Shown: positions 12,701 through 25,095 of the stretch, piece after piece
How the letters are laid out: every line of letters starts with the position of its first letter
Numbering within the stretch: the first letter of the stretch is position 1
DNA from: Podarcis tiliguerta
Lineage: Eukaryota
Assembly: GCA_965153285.1 (NCBI GenBank)
Contig: OZ229113.1
Direction: 5' to 3' (one strand)
DNA: 64,000 nt
Made by a program: the position numbers and the translations under genes
The notes under the pieces: model-generated
What the model saw: only the letters and a program-made list of their open reading frames with translations
Told to the model about the DNA's origin: nothing
The model's database searches: none

Positions 12701-14269
12701 TGATCCTAACTCAAGGCTTGGTAATTTCAAGGGTAGATCATTGCAATGCATTTTTATATCAAGCTCCCTTCAAAAAATATTAGGAATCTGCAGTTGGTCA
12801 GTCAAGTTGTGAATTTTCATCATTCCAGTGTTAAAAGATCTATGCTGCTTCCAAGTTTGTTTCTAGGCACAAAGAAAAATGCTGGTGTCGATGGTCAAAA
12901 ATGCTGGTGTTTATGGGTCAACAGTTGGCCAATGAAGCCCTGAATTGTCTAGGGCTTTATCACTGGCATCTGATCTTGAGTTCAAAAACTGGGTGAGTTG
13001 TCACCAGAAACAAGACTTCTCATTAGTGCTGTCCAGATACAGAGATGCTTCCTTCTTAGAGCATTAAGATAAAGTGTTATTTTTGAACCATGCAGTGTGC
13101 TACTAGCTTTATTTAGTAGTTTAACCATAGTATATTTATTTCAGTTTAACTGACCTTTTAAAAAACTACCATGTAGCAAATCTCAAAGGTGACTGTTTTA
13201 ATCAATCAATTAATTAAACAACTTATGACTCTGAAAGTAATTTGCAGTATTTAATCATATTATAATAGACAGGATTTAATATACTTTTGACACAAAAAAC
13301 CACTTGTCTACTTTTGGAGCACATCTATTGACTGTTCTATCAGTTCAACATTTTGTAAAGTCAAATCTGGGTTCATTCCCCATTCCAAATGACCTCACTT
13401 ATATTGCTTGGTTTCTGCATGTGAGGCACTTGCACATTACAGCGATAAGCTCATGTAAAGCATTCTGATTAGATGGAAGAACAGCATACAGCATAGTTTA
13501 AGTCATTCAGGTCACTGCATACAGCCCAGCAATTATTATTTTCCCCAGCATGAAGTTGGTTTCCCATGCAGAGCCAAATATGATAACGGGGCAATTACAA
13601 TATCCGCTTATATCCACCTGAAAAAAGGTCTGTTACTTGAGACTCCACAGCTAGTGCAAAAATAAATCCCTTCCTAAAGGAAGGGTGAATGCACCTCTGC
13701 AAAAAAAGGTTCAGATTGCAGCACTTATCTTTAAAACTAACTGTTCTATTTCCAGCATGTAAAATTACCGTAAAGAAAGTAAACTGGATGCCACAGAAGA
13801 ACTAGGTCACTTATGTAGTAACAAAGGAAGGAAATGCAAAAGGATTCATTTAGTGGGGTTTTTAGAGTGTTAGAAACAAACATATAAGACTGTAAATGTA
13901 TTCTTTCATAAATGGGAGATTTTACAGGGAGAATATATGACACAAGAGTGAGCTGGTTTGGGGCAATTATACACACAACATACAACCTTTTCTGTATATA
14001 AAAAATCCTTACTATTTCTTCAGCTTTGTGGTCATTGAGCTACTGCTGTCATATGATTAAACAATAAATGAATTGAATTAAAGCAGTTAAAAACGACACT
14101 ATTGTCCTGCAGAAGTCACTATCATAAGAAATTAACAACTGACCAACTTTCTAGCTGATTGGGTGACTGATATAACTAATCAGACAGTGGGAATTTAACC
14201 TCTTTCAAACAGGTTCCAACCTTCCAAAAGATCAGGCTCAAAACTGGGGCAGACAATTAGATGTTCAAA

Positions 14270-14390
14270 TGGATAGGGAAGTGTCATTCATGACACAAAC
14301 TTTTGCCCAACTTTTGTTGGTATGTCAGTTGCTACCTTTCTTGGAAAAGTGTGATCTGACAATAATTATCCATGCATTGATAACCTCTAT
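14270..14390 (+). mobile_element. L2 RT-region remnant
   Basis: FAQLLLVCQLLPFLEKCDLTIIIHALITS resembles the L2 motif FYQLRLVRQLRPFL...VIHALVTS. Confidence 0.6.
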
Positions 14391-14457
14391 GTCAGTCTTC
14401 CCAAACCTGGCACCTTATGGATGTTGGAGACTACAGCTTCTGATTACTGATTACTAA

Positions 14458-14978
14458 GTGATTACTAAGATCCAGCATGGCTTTCTCAAAAACAAGTCAT
14501 GCCAGACGAATCTCTAATTTTTTTTATAGGGTGACAAGCTGGTGGATCAGGAGAAGGCTGTGAACGCAGTGTATCATGATTTCAGTAAGGCTGTTGACAA
14601 AGTCACCTATGATATTCTTTAAGAGAAGCTGGTAAAATGTAGACTGGGCAAGGTAATTGTTGGTGGTTGACTGACCAAACCCAAAGAGTGCTCATTAACA
14701 GTTCCTCATCATCCTGGAAAAAGGTGATAAGTGTGTTACTGCAGGGTTCTGTCCTGGCATTAGTAAGAATTTTCTGACAATAAGAGCTGTTAGACAGTGT
14801 AATGGACTGCCTTGGGAGGTAGTGGACTCTCTTCTCCTTCCTTAGAGGTTTTAAAGCAGAGGATAGATGACCATCTGTCATGGATGCTTTAGCTGAAATC
14901 CCTGCATTGCAGGGAGTTGGACTAGATGACCCTTGGGGATCCCTTCCAACTCCACAATTTTATGGTTCCATGAGTCTA
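14458..14978 (+). mobile_element. CR1 LINE fragment with internal deletion (RT piece joined to the 3' UTR)
   Basis: SQHGFLKNKSCQTNL and VYHDFSKAVDKV are CR1 RT motifs; after ~14760 comes the CR1 3' end (gttggactagatgacc...cccttccaact) with a degenerate ATTCTATG-type tail. Confidence 0.85.
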
Positions 14979-15067
14979 CCATCCCTAATCATTAGTCATG
15001 CTGATTGGGACTGAGTGAAGACTTCAGGCTGAGAAAGCTCCTCATCCCTACAATCTATTACTTTTTT

Positions 15068-15208
15068 TAGCTCAGTTACTAGAGTATGAGACTCTTAATC
15101 TCAGGGTTGGGGGTTTGAGCCCCATGTAAAAGATCCCTGCATTGCATGGGGTTGGACTAGATGATCCTCATGGTCACTTCCAACTCTACAATTCTATAAT
15201 TTTATGAT
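15068..15208 (+). mobile_element. SINE with tRNA-Lys(CTT)-like head and CR1 3' tail
   Basis: tagctcag...gagactcttaatctcagggttg...ggtttgagcccc head, then cctgcattgca...ggactagatga...ccaactctacaattctat tail. Confidence 0.8.
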
Positions 15209-18200
15209 ACCATATGCACAACATTTGCAGGGTAGATTTTCCCCAATATCAAAGGCATGTTGCTTGGTAACTTGCTTAACTCAATTAATATGAGAAGAAG
15301 AAAGAACAAACAGGCAATAATTGCAACTAGTTATTTTTCCTATGATGGTACTTTTCACATAATTAGAAAAAAATAGCTATTATAGTGGTCTGCCTGCCAA
15401 TTATTTCAGGATGATAAGACAAATCCACATCCTGCCCATTATTTTAGGAGGATAAGACAAATCCATTGAAGGCTATGAGCCAAACTATGAATTACTATGG
15501 GTTATGGCACCACATACAAATAGTGTGGTTTAATTCTGCTTTGTAAGTAGCTTTCTCTTGCTTATCAATCTCTCCAGGGAAGAGAGGGCTGTTATAAGCA
15601 TTGTCTTTAATTTATCTCATGTGTGTTGCCTAAGTGAAGAGCAACACTTATGTAACATCTTAATTGTATAACTCTAAAGGCTGGTGCTAGTAGTTACAAA
15701 AATGCTAATAGCAAAGAAAGGTTGCTTGCTGTTAAGGCTCCCTAATTACTTTCTAGAAGAAACAAACTGCCCCCCCCAAAAAAAACCCCCAGCCAATTGA
15801 CTAAATATTTTTAAAGCAAAAAGAGTAACACAGATGTCCTTTAACTCTCTTGGCAACACTGAATATTGTAGTTAAAAGTAAGAAACAATGCTCGTTGAGC
15901 ATTCAGCTTTAAGAGGCAAATCCAGGACTAAAAATTCACTGTACTCATAACAGATTAAATATTTATTGGTATTTTATAAACTCAAACTTGCATGGAAGCC
16001 ACTGAGAAAAACAATATGCTATACCTCCAGCTTTGGAAATTTTAACCTGTCACATTTATTTCTTCGAAAAGAGAAATAAAAATGAATACCAAATTGCTCT
16101 GTATTCCTAACAAGTGGGTCAGACCTTTAGGGTTGAATAAAATGCTCTATTAGTATACATACAAAACTGCTATGCTAGGTGGCTGTTAAAAAGAATGCTA
16201 GATTTATGGAGCAATTCTAACTGAACCCCTTACCTGCACCACTAAAGATTTGGGATGCTTTGAATCTACTACTGATAGTGTTCCAACTGACCCTACAAGG
16301 CCCTAAAATGGTGGAGGTGAGGGGCAAAGCAGTGCAGAAGACAGTTGGGTACTAAGCCTGCCCATTTGCTAGACAGGAGTTGGCAGTGGCAAAGGCTCTA
16401 CCATACCAGACAACCTCGGGGGGGGGGGGGAGTTGGGTTGCAAAATCTATCATTCAACAGTGATAGTGAAAATTAATAAATTAGTACAAGCAATGAATCT
16501 AAATGCTATTAAGTTGTTTGCCATTATGTCGTGCAGATGTTTCCTATTAGGACTTACAACTTGTATTTTCATGCTTTTAATTCTGACCTATCTTCAGCTG
16601 GTAAGAAAATACAACATTTAAACCTCCAAACCTTGTTATAGAATAAGCAACAGGAAATCAGAACAAGAAATTATTTTAAAAGCAAGTTTCTATAAAACTG
16701 CTATTTATATTATTTATTTACCTGTTAGCAAATTTTTATTAATTACTTCAGGATGCTTAGCAACCTACAGGCTAATCCTACACATGTTAGGATGTATGTA
16801 TCACTGCATTTCTGTGGGACTTGCTCCCAATAAGTGTTAGTTAGGATCAATAAATGTTCTGCAATAAATGTTCTGCATAATAGTCTGCATATATAGCACA
16901 ATTCAGTCAATATGAAGTCCACTGGAAACCTCAATGAGAGTTAAATGCTTAATTGTGTATTGGAATTTTTTTACTTCTTTGGAATTCAGGCATGCCTGAG
17001 GGCCAGTGTACAATGTGATTTTGTGACATATGTTTTCACAAAAAGTGATCTGGTTCTGCAATCATGTGGAGAAGCATATCAAGTTAAGTAGAAATGCACT
17101 GGTATGCCTTTTAATAATAATGATCTGGGGGTCTCCAAGAAGTAATACAACTACTGTAGAAATGACTATCCAAGTATTCTACAGATTTAAGCATTATATT
17201 ACATATAAAACAACACAAGCCTTGCTGCACACCATGCAAGAAGCAGGGCAAAATCTTTTACTTCTGTTGAACCGCAGCTTATCACTGCACTACAACTGCT
17301 AAATTATAGTTCATTTTAACTATGGTTTGCTGAAACAAGCAAAATTCAAATCAAACTGGCTTAGGGTTTGGACATAAATCAGTTTTTGGTTCTGAAAAAG
17401 CACTACACTGTGATTTAGAGAAGTGAAAACTTACAATCTCCTTGTGATGGCATACAAGGAGGAGTGGGGGAAGAACAGCTTATAAGCAGGAGACTCACTG
17501 CAACTAATTCCTGTAACACCAAACCATGATTTTTCATCATTTGTTAAAGCAGGCATAAAAACAGACCCAAAAAAGCCACATGAATCAGCACTGGCTTACC
17601 CCAAGTGTTTAAAATTAGAAGAGTGGATTTGTGAGACAATCTTCTGCCACCTTCTTGTGGGGATTCATGATTCTTTTTGTTGCTCATGTTTCATATCCAT
17701 GGAAAGACTAGAAGGTCTAGTCTCATGATATGAAGTGGGACTTTATATTAGCACTGCATGAACTGTTTATACTAGCTCCCAAATAAATAAATGCAAATAA
17801 AGTTTTACATGTATGCAAAGGGCATAGTAGCTTCAAAAATGCTATGAATATCTATGGCTTAGAAATCAGATGTTTTAAAAAATAAATATTCAGAAAATCT
17901 TTAATTGTGTATTCATCTATCCATCTGCTCAAATGTATACTCTTTGAAGTGCAGGTGGCCTGTAGCATTATGCTACGACAATTAATCAAGTTTTAAATCT
18001 TTTCTTGCTCTTAGACTCAACTGAATAGCAAAAAGGAGTTATCTAATTCTCCATTCACACAATATACATAATTAGATATGTTCTTTCTCTTTCAACAATA
18101 TATATGCTCTGTAGGTTTATTATATAGCTTTTCAATTTAGTGCAACTTCATCTTCAAATATTATTTGTAGCTTTAAAACATGAGGTTATGGATGTAGTTT

Positions 18201-19677
18201 TATGCCAATTTACTTGGGTCTGGAAGTAAGTCCTACTCATTTAAGCTTAATTACACTTTTCTGATTAAACATGTATAGGATCACACTGCAAATTATAGGA
18301 GCTGCTGCAAATTAACAACTGGTATAACAACGGCTATGTGTCACTGAGTAGCAGTTGCAGGTAAACTTTACATTTGTCTGCAACATTCGATTAACTGAAT
18401 TCTGGTAGTAATCTTATGCAAACATGGATACATTATTTAGTAGTGTAAAACTTTGTCTACTTTCCCCCCTAAGATGGCATTTATACATTACGACAGGTCA
18501 TTAAATGTTATGATACATTTTGTCCATGGAAAGTGAATCTACTTTTTTTCTTATGCAATAATGATTAAATGTTTTAATATGAATGTTTAAAGATGCCTAT
18601 TTATTGAATGAAAATTATTACTAAATGAGAAGCTAAGTATTAGCAGAGGATGGTTATATGTATGGCTATTCAAATAACACACAAGGTATGAAATTTCTGA
18701 AGGAAAAAACCCTGTTGTCCATCATAGACAGGAAGAAAGTTGGGAAAACAGCAGCAAAAGAATAGAGATGAGTAGAATACTTGGGTGGTCTAGTAAAAAG
18801 GATAAGAGAAACACAGCACCCTTTTCTATGATTTTTAGTGAAACAATTGTACAGACCAACCCCCAGGCAGATGGACTTTTGTTTCCCAAATTACAAAGAC
18901 TAAACTAATTGTAATGTGGTTTTCTTGACCTTGGAATATATTGTACATTATTATCTCATTTATAAAGGGTCTTTTATCTTTTCATTTCCATGTACTGTAT
19001 TTGTTTTCTGACCCAAAGATACCACATATTTGTTTTCCTTAACCCCTATTGTCCTCTTTGTTAAGTTCAGAATATGAAGTGGTAGCAGTGTGTACTTTAC
19101 AACTTATCTATTAAAAGAAGGCCAACTAAACCTAAGCTTGACCCATAACTTTGTAATACACCAGCATGATTAAATCTTCTGGTTTGTTGCAACTGACACA
19201 TAATCCAATCAAATACACACCCTGCACAAAGGAAGGGGAAGAACATTGTTTCTAAAACAACCATATTTGAAAAACTTACAAATGTGATACCTACTTTTCA
19301 AGAGAAAAATGATTGAAAGACTATAATTTGTGCTGGCATAAGCTTTATTAACACACAGAAATAATTGATAATATCAATTATTATTATAGTATTTATTTAC
19401 TTATTTACTTACTTACTTACTTATTTTATTACCTGAACTTCACCATAAAGCCCCAGGGTAGGTTACAACATTGAAACATTAAAAACTTACATATCCCTAA
19501 CATATATAATGTCATAAATATATCTCAGCCCTGCCTGGAAAGGTTACAACAGCTCACATTACCTGACATTATTCATTTGTTTGCTTGTTTAAAGTATATT
19601 TTGTAATGACAAGTGAAACATGTAGAGCAGCAATTTGGAAAGGTGTGCTGGTCTACCATCACTGTCTACCATTACTT

Positions 19678-19818
19678 ATAGAATCATGGAGTTAGAAGGG
19701 ACCCTGAGAATCATCTAGTCCACCCTTTGCAATGCAGGAATATACAGCTGTCCCATATGGGGATTAAACATGCAACCTTGGTGTTATCAGCACCATGCTC
19801 TAACCAACTGAACTATCC
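19678..19818 (-). mobile_element. SINE with tRNA-Ile-like head and CR1 3' tail
   Basis: Reverse complement reads tagttcagttggttagagcatggtgctgataacaccaaggttgca...atccccatatggg, followed by the same CR1 tail. Confidence 0.8.
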
Positions 19819-20189
19819 ATAAACAGTACTTATAGATTACTGTGCATAGACAGAGCAGTCTAGTAGCCTTTATGAGTTAACCTATGCACCTGTCACCAAA
19901 AACAAATATGTCGACCAAATAGCACAGCATATTCAAGCAACCTTCTCACAACATTTGAAGACAGTGTCATATCATCAAAAGTGTGTTTCTGATCCGTATC
20001 TGCTTTAATTAATTAAGTAAATGTTATTCACTGATTAATAAAATCATTTTATCTTGGTTTTCAGGCACATACAGGTAGATCTCCACAACACATTGCAAAG
20101 AGGTTACAATAATAACATTAAATACAAAGCTAAAAACCAGAGCCAACTCACATAACTCACAGTACCAAGGAAGAAAAAACAGCCATCTA

Positions 20190-20530
20190 AAAGATTTGAG
20201 AAAAAAAGATCTCAACAGAACACTTAACTGCCAACACAAAGGAAACTAACCAGACTTTCCAAGTTAGGCAGTTCCAGATCCCACAACCACTCCACATCGC
20301 AGCAATCTGGACTTCCAATGCCAAAGGGCAAGATCTCAGATCCATTATTCAGTAGACAGGCAGCCCACTGTGGAGAAATGTGGTCCTGGTTATTGATAAT
20401 AACCAAAACTTTGAATTGTGCCTGAAAACTGAACTGGTAGCATGTGGAAATTGCACAGAAAATACCAGGCAATATTCTGGTTGATGAAGACCTATGGAGT
20501 GGCTGCTGCAATAATCTAATATGGATGTGA
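20190..20530 (-). mobile_element. L2 3' ORF2 remnant
   Basis: ORFs contain VTSILDYC and FQAQFKVLVI (L2 motifs VTSRLDYCN, FRAQFKVLVL). Confidence 0.6.
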
Positions 20531-20890
20531 CCAAAGCATACTGGTTCTTAAGAGATGAACGTGCAGCTGATTTGCTCCTCCCAAATCCTTTCAGCGTGCT
20601 TAAGCTTGGCTGAGATACTACACCATGCTGTGCTTAAATGACTGGGAAAAAGCAAAATGGTTACAGCCACCTCCACTGGAGCACATGTGTTCTCATTGTG
20701 TCAAATAGCAGAAATGTATAGGATTTCAGTCTTATTGTCTCAGTGCTCACTATAGTCCCTATATAATTTATTTCTCTGGGTAATAATTCTATTATATAAT
20801 ATGTTCTCTGGGTTATTTTGGCTTAGTTTGAAAAGCAAACATACAAGAATATTCACCAACCAACTGCAATGCCAATACCATGGGCATATA

Positions 20891-21135
20891 CAGTGGTATA
20901 TGCAGTGGTTAGGTACTTAATTCGTTCCGGAGGTCCGTTCTTAACCTGAAACTGTTCTTAACCTGAAGCATCCCTTTAGCTAATGGGGCCTCCTGCTGCT
21001 GCCGCGCTGCCAGAGCATGTTTTCTGTTCTCATCCTGAAGCAAAGTTCTTAACCTGAGGTACTATTTCTGGGTTAGCGGAGTCTGTAACCTGAAGTGTAT
21101 GTAACCTGAAGTGTATGTAACCCAAGGTACCACTG
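20891..21135. mobile_element. Tc1/mariner (Tigger/pogo-type) MITE
   Basis: TA|CAGTGGTA...TACCACTG|TA termini and internal TAACCTGAAG repeats. Confidence 0.85.
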
Positions 21136-22327
21136 TACATAGAAGAGCAACTAAAAGTATATCCCAAATGCTTTGATAAAAACAATTAAAAAATCTTATT
21201 TTGGATTCAGAGGCAACAAATCTTGAGAAATTTATCACCTTTCCAGAGAGCTTTTAGCTTTCTTTATCCTTTTTTCTACTCTTCATTGTTGCTTTGTGTA
21301 TTTTATTGTGTTTGTCATTTCTATGTATTTTTATTTTGTTGTTAGCCACATTGATGATTTTTGAGGCAACATACACACACAGATACAAAAAATAATCAAC
21401 AAGCTCTACACACCTCACTAGACATACAACAGATTTTGCAGGCGACTGCCTGGTTGATTACATGTAGCCTACTGTATGTCCATATTTCCTACTTCAGATC
21501 TTCCAAATTAAAAGTGGAAAAACCACAACCCACAGGCTACATGTAGCCTTTAATTACCCAGATGTTAAGAATCCTAGACATTTCCATTATCATTAGAAAA
21601 GAATAAGCAGAATCTTGAAAATGAAGACTTGTAATTCACAGTGTTAATTAAAGGGGCCCTTAAAAAACCCACAACCTAAAACATACTAATCTCAGTAGGT
21701 CAAAGACAACCAGGTAAGCTGCAGAAGCTTAGTCAATCAGTAATAATTCTGTGTTGGATGGGTGCAGCCATGCTGCCGCAGGCACAGCTGGTCAGCACAT
21801 CCCTGTCAATGCTTGGAACCAGCAAGGAACCATAGTAGAGGATTTTGTGCCACAGCAGAACACTAAAATAACAAGATGCCAAAGAATCTGAAGAAAAACA
21901 ACAGCTACACCTCAGCAACTGTGGGATCATAACAGTTGAACTCTTTCAGAAAACGCAACCAGCAATGTAGTATGTGACCTGAATAAAGAATTTCTGGAAA
22001 CAGGGGTTCCAGTTATACTTTGATTATGGACAATCATAGTCTAAGTTTCACGTGGGTTTGTCTAAATAAATTAGTGTGAAACAAATTAGTGTGAAAAACT
22101 CCATTGTCCTGGTCCAGTACCTCATCAATATAAAAGGTGTCCAGAGGATTGTTATTTTCTTATGTTTCTGCTATGCTATCCATTCAACTTTTCTTCACAT
22201 ACCCTCACTTAGGCAAAAGGTTCCTGGTCCATGGCTCAGGCTAGGTTACCATGAACTTTGTTCTACAATGCTAGAATACTTAGAAATTCTGCAACTAGAT
22301 GGGAAAGTTAGGGGAAGTTATGACCAG

Positions 22328-22573
22328 TGTTAGGTTGTGGGTGAACATATCAGACAACACAGCGATTTCTCCAAAGCAGCTCTTTATTTGTAAGCTGGAA
22401 CAGAACTGAACTGAAGGGCTCAGTCAGCCTGCTTATATAGAGCTCCAGTACCACGTTACTGTAACAACTTTCTAAAACTATCCAATCATTGAACGTCACT
22501 TTCGATCCTTCATTTGCATAATTACCTCCAGTATCCCCCTGCTGGCCCAGTGTGAGAACTTCAGTACATAACA
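22328..22573 (-). mobile_element. Solo LTR (246 bp) of an LTR retroelement
   Basis: TGTTA...TAACA termini, exact 5-bp TSD ACCAG (22323-22327, 22574-22578); on the minus strand an octamer, CRE-like site, CCAAT, TATA and AATAAA in U3-R-U5 order. Confidence 0.8.
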
Positions 22574-23447
22574 ACCAGGAAGTTAGAGACCAAATCTTCA
22601 TTTAGGGTAAGAAATAACAACCTCTTGTTTGCTTTGTGAATTCAACTGCAATGCTATTTTTATATTGCTATTATTTTTCAAAAGTTCATAGTATTATTTT
22701 CTATATGAAGATAATATTTTAATTTAAATGAAATACTGAGTAACAATAAACCAATTGCAGCTGAAACAATCAGTTTTGAGTCTATGATCTTTATTTTATT
22801 CCCTGACCCACTGTGTTGCTACTGAGCAGTTTGAACCATTATTAGATCACAAAATTAACGAAGTTGTGCTCCAAAATAAAATTCAGTATTTATCTACTTC
22901 CTCTGATGCTGTTCTACTCTAAAAATAGCTACAATAATCAGATATAGAGCAGGCTTTTACAGCATATGGGTTTTTTTAAATAAAGAATTCAACTTTTAAA
23001 AAATCTGTAACTACAGCTGTTGAGAGCCATGCTATGATGAAATAACAATGAAGGTCGCTGAAGTCAGCTACCATGGGGTGAGGGTTATAAAATACTTGTT
23101 CTGAAAATCTTCTATTTTCACCATATGGTGTCAGGGTACTTAAAACTTGAAGAGATATTGTGAAGGGGATCCTTTGGTTTTCATGGAATGTTCATCCATT
23201 GTGTCTTACAGTTCATAACAAAAACAATAAAACAAACTAGGAACACTGGTGATTTTCATGGGAAGGTGTAGTTGAAGTTTAGCATACAAAAGTGATGTAT
23301 CTAATAATATTTCCTACTCTTTTTGCTTGGACAATAGTGTACTCTTAGCCTTGAGGTGCTGGTTCATGAATACACTTTAGAATAATGTTGGCAGTGTTCA
23401 TTTCCCAGGAAAGTGCATTGTTAATTAATTTCTTTTTTTAATTACAT

Positions 23448-23585
23448 CAGGCCTTTTTTTTTTAGCCAGAACTCACCGGAACTCAGTTTTGGCACCTCTT
23501 AGGTGGGCTCCATTGCCATTATATGAGAACAGGGGAAGCGTTCATGGTGAGTTCCGGCACCTCTTTTTCTAGAAAAATAGCACTG
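23448..23585 (+). mobile_element. hAT-type MITE (copy 1)
   Basis: CAG...CTG termini, degenerate 8-bp TSD (aattacat/actaacat), homologous to 52471-52599 in opposite orientation. Confidence 0.75.
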
Positions 23586-25035
23586 ACTAACATACACAAA
23601 AATACAACCCAAACCCCAGTTATGTTCCACCAAAACCGGATGCTGTTTTCCATGAAATGTCTCCTTCCACCAGCCTTTCCCCCCTCTTTTCAGTCACAAT
23701 AACAAGGATGGTGTAGATAAATGCAGCTGTTAAGAAGCTGTGTGCTTAAAATAACTTAAGCATGTGGGAGGCCCAAAGGAACAGCACTGGATAAAAACAA
23801 ATGACTGGCTTTACAGCATCAGAGAGCGAATCTGATTCTCCTGGGATTCCTCTGGCTGAAGTAAACAAATGGGATCCATAAAAATTAGCATCTCTGCTGA
23901 AATCAGCAAAAAATGATGAGTAATTATGGGCTGAGTGCTGTTCTTTTATAAATTATTTCCAATCCTTCCCACAGTTGTTGACTCTCATTCCACATCCTGA
24001 ATGATAGCAGGATCAGTTCTCTCTTGCCTGCCCTACAGATATAATGATCAACATTTATTATTTTGTATTTTAGTGTTATAAAGCCAGTGCTTTGTTTTCA
24101 CTGATTTTGAACTGGATTTTGAGGAACCATATGAAGTACAAGGTGCATCAAAGCATACTTTACCACACTTTTCAAACTGACTTCAATGAAATTTACTTCT
24201 GCATCGATGTACATAGGATTGTACCGTATGATCATTCCTTAAATCCTGCCTCCTGTGTTGCACTGGGTGCTACACTGGGGGAGACACTTGTAATTGGGCC
24301 TGACAACTGGCTATTATGAGTGATGATGAGTCATTGAAGCCCCAGCATCACTGGGTGCATGATAGGGCCCAATTTCTCCCTTGTAAACCTTCAAACGTTC
24401 TTTCCACTCCTGGCTGCTACTCTGCCAGTAGTGAGAAAGGAAAACCAAGAGTGATTTCTTCAATTCCGTAACTCTTTGGTGCCAGGAACAGCAAGAAATA
24501 TAATTTCCTGAGAATTACAACTAACCATCAGATGACTTATTACTGTTAATAGTCCTCGGAAAATACAATATATTAGTGCTTTGCTCGCCAAAATAGTAGT
24601 GCTACAGGCACCAGAGGAAGGGAGGAGGGGACAGAGGCCTCTCTCCTTGCTTCCCTTGGTGACTGATAGAGGAACAACAGTCAAGACAGGTAGGTAGGAC
24701 AGGGAAAGGATATGGAAGAGAAAGAGTTGAACCCATCTTAGACTAGAATTAGAATCTGAGCAGTAGAACTCAGGCATTATAATGCTTTTCTGACAATCTA
24801 AGGGAGCATTATAAATCAATGAGAATTATTTTCTGAGTTAATTAAGTTCAATAATTTCTCACATCAAACCAAATTGTGGTGTTAGATGTGAGCCAAGTTT
24901 CTACATATTTGAAGAATCAGCAGAATAGTCAACAGCCAGCTCTACGATTAGGCAGTGTGAGATAGGCATTTCAGGAAATGACATGAACAGGCATCACATG
25001 GATGCTATCCAACTTATTATTATTGTATTTTTACC

Positions 25036-25095
25036 CAGAGTGGCTGGGGCAACCCAGTCAGATGGGTGGCATTTAAATAATAAAGTTATTGTTGT
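25036..25095 (+). mobile_element. L2 extreme 3' end remnant
   Basis: cccagagtggctggggcaacccagtcagatggg...aaataataaa; same tail as 55661-55743. Confidence 0.6.

Noticed and set aside
15068-15140. Functional tRNA genes here or at 19745-19818, 3831 and 9551
   Set aside because: Degenerate stems fused to LINE-derived tails identify these as SINE heads.
10677-16600. Possible plus-strand spliced gene (donors at 10721 and 16600)
   Set aside because: Only two tiny segments, no recognisable product, and a modest first acceptor; compatible with chance.
20930-21130. CRISPR-like spaced repeats (TAACCTGAAG)
   Set aside because: These are irregular subterminal repeats of a MITE in a eukaryote, with no spacer architecture or cas genes.
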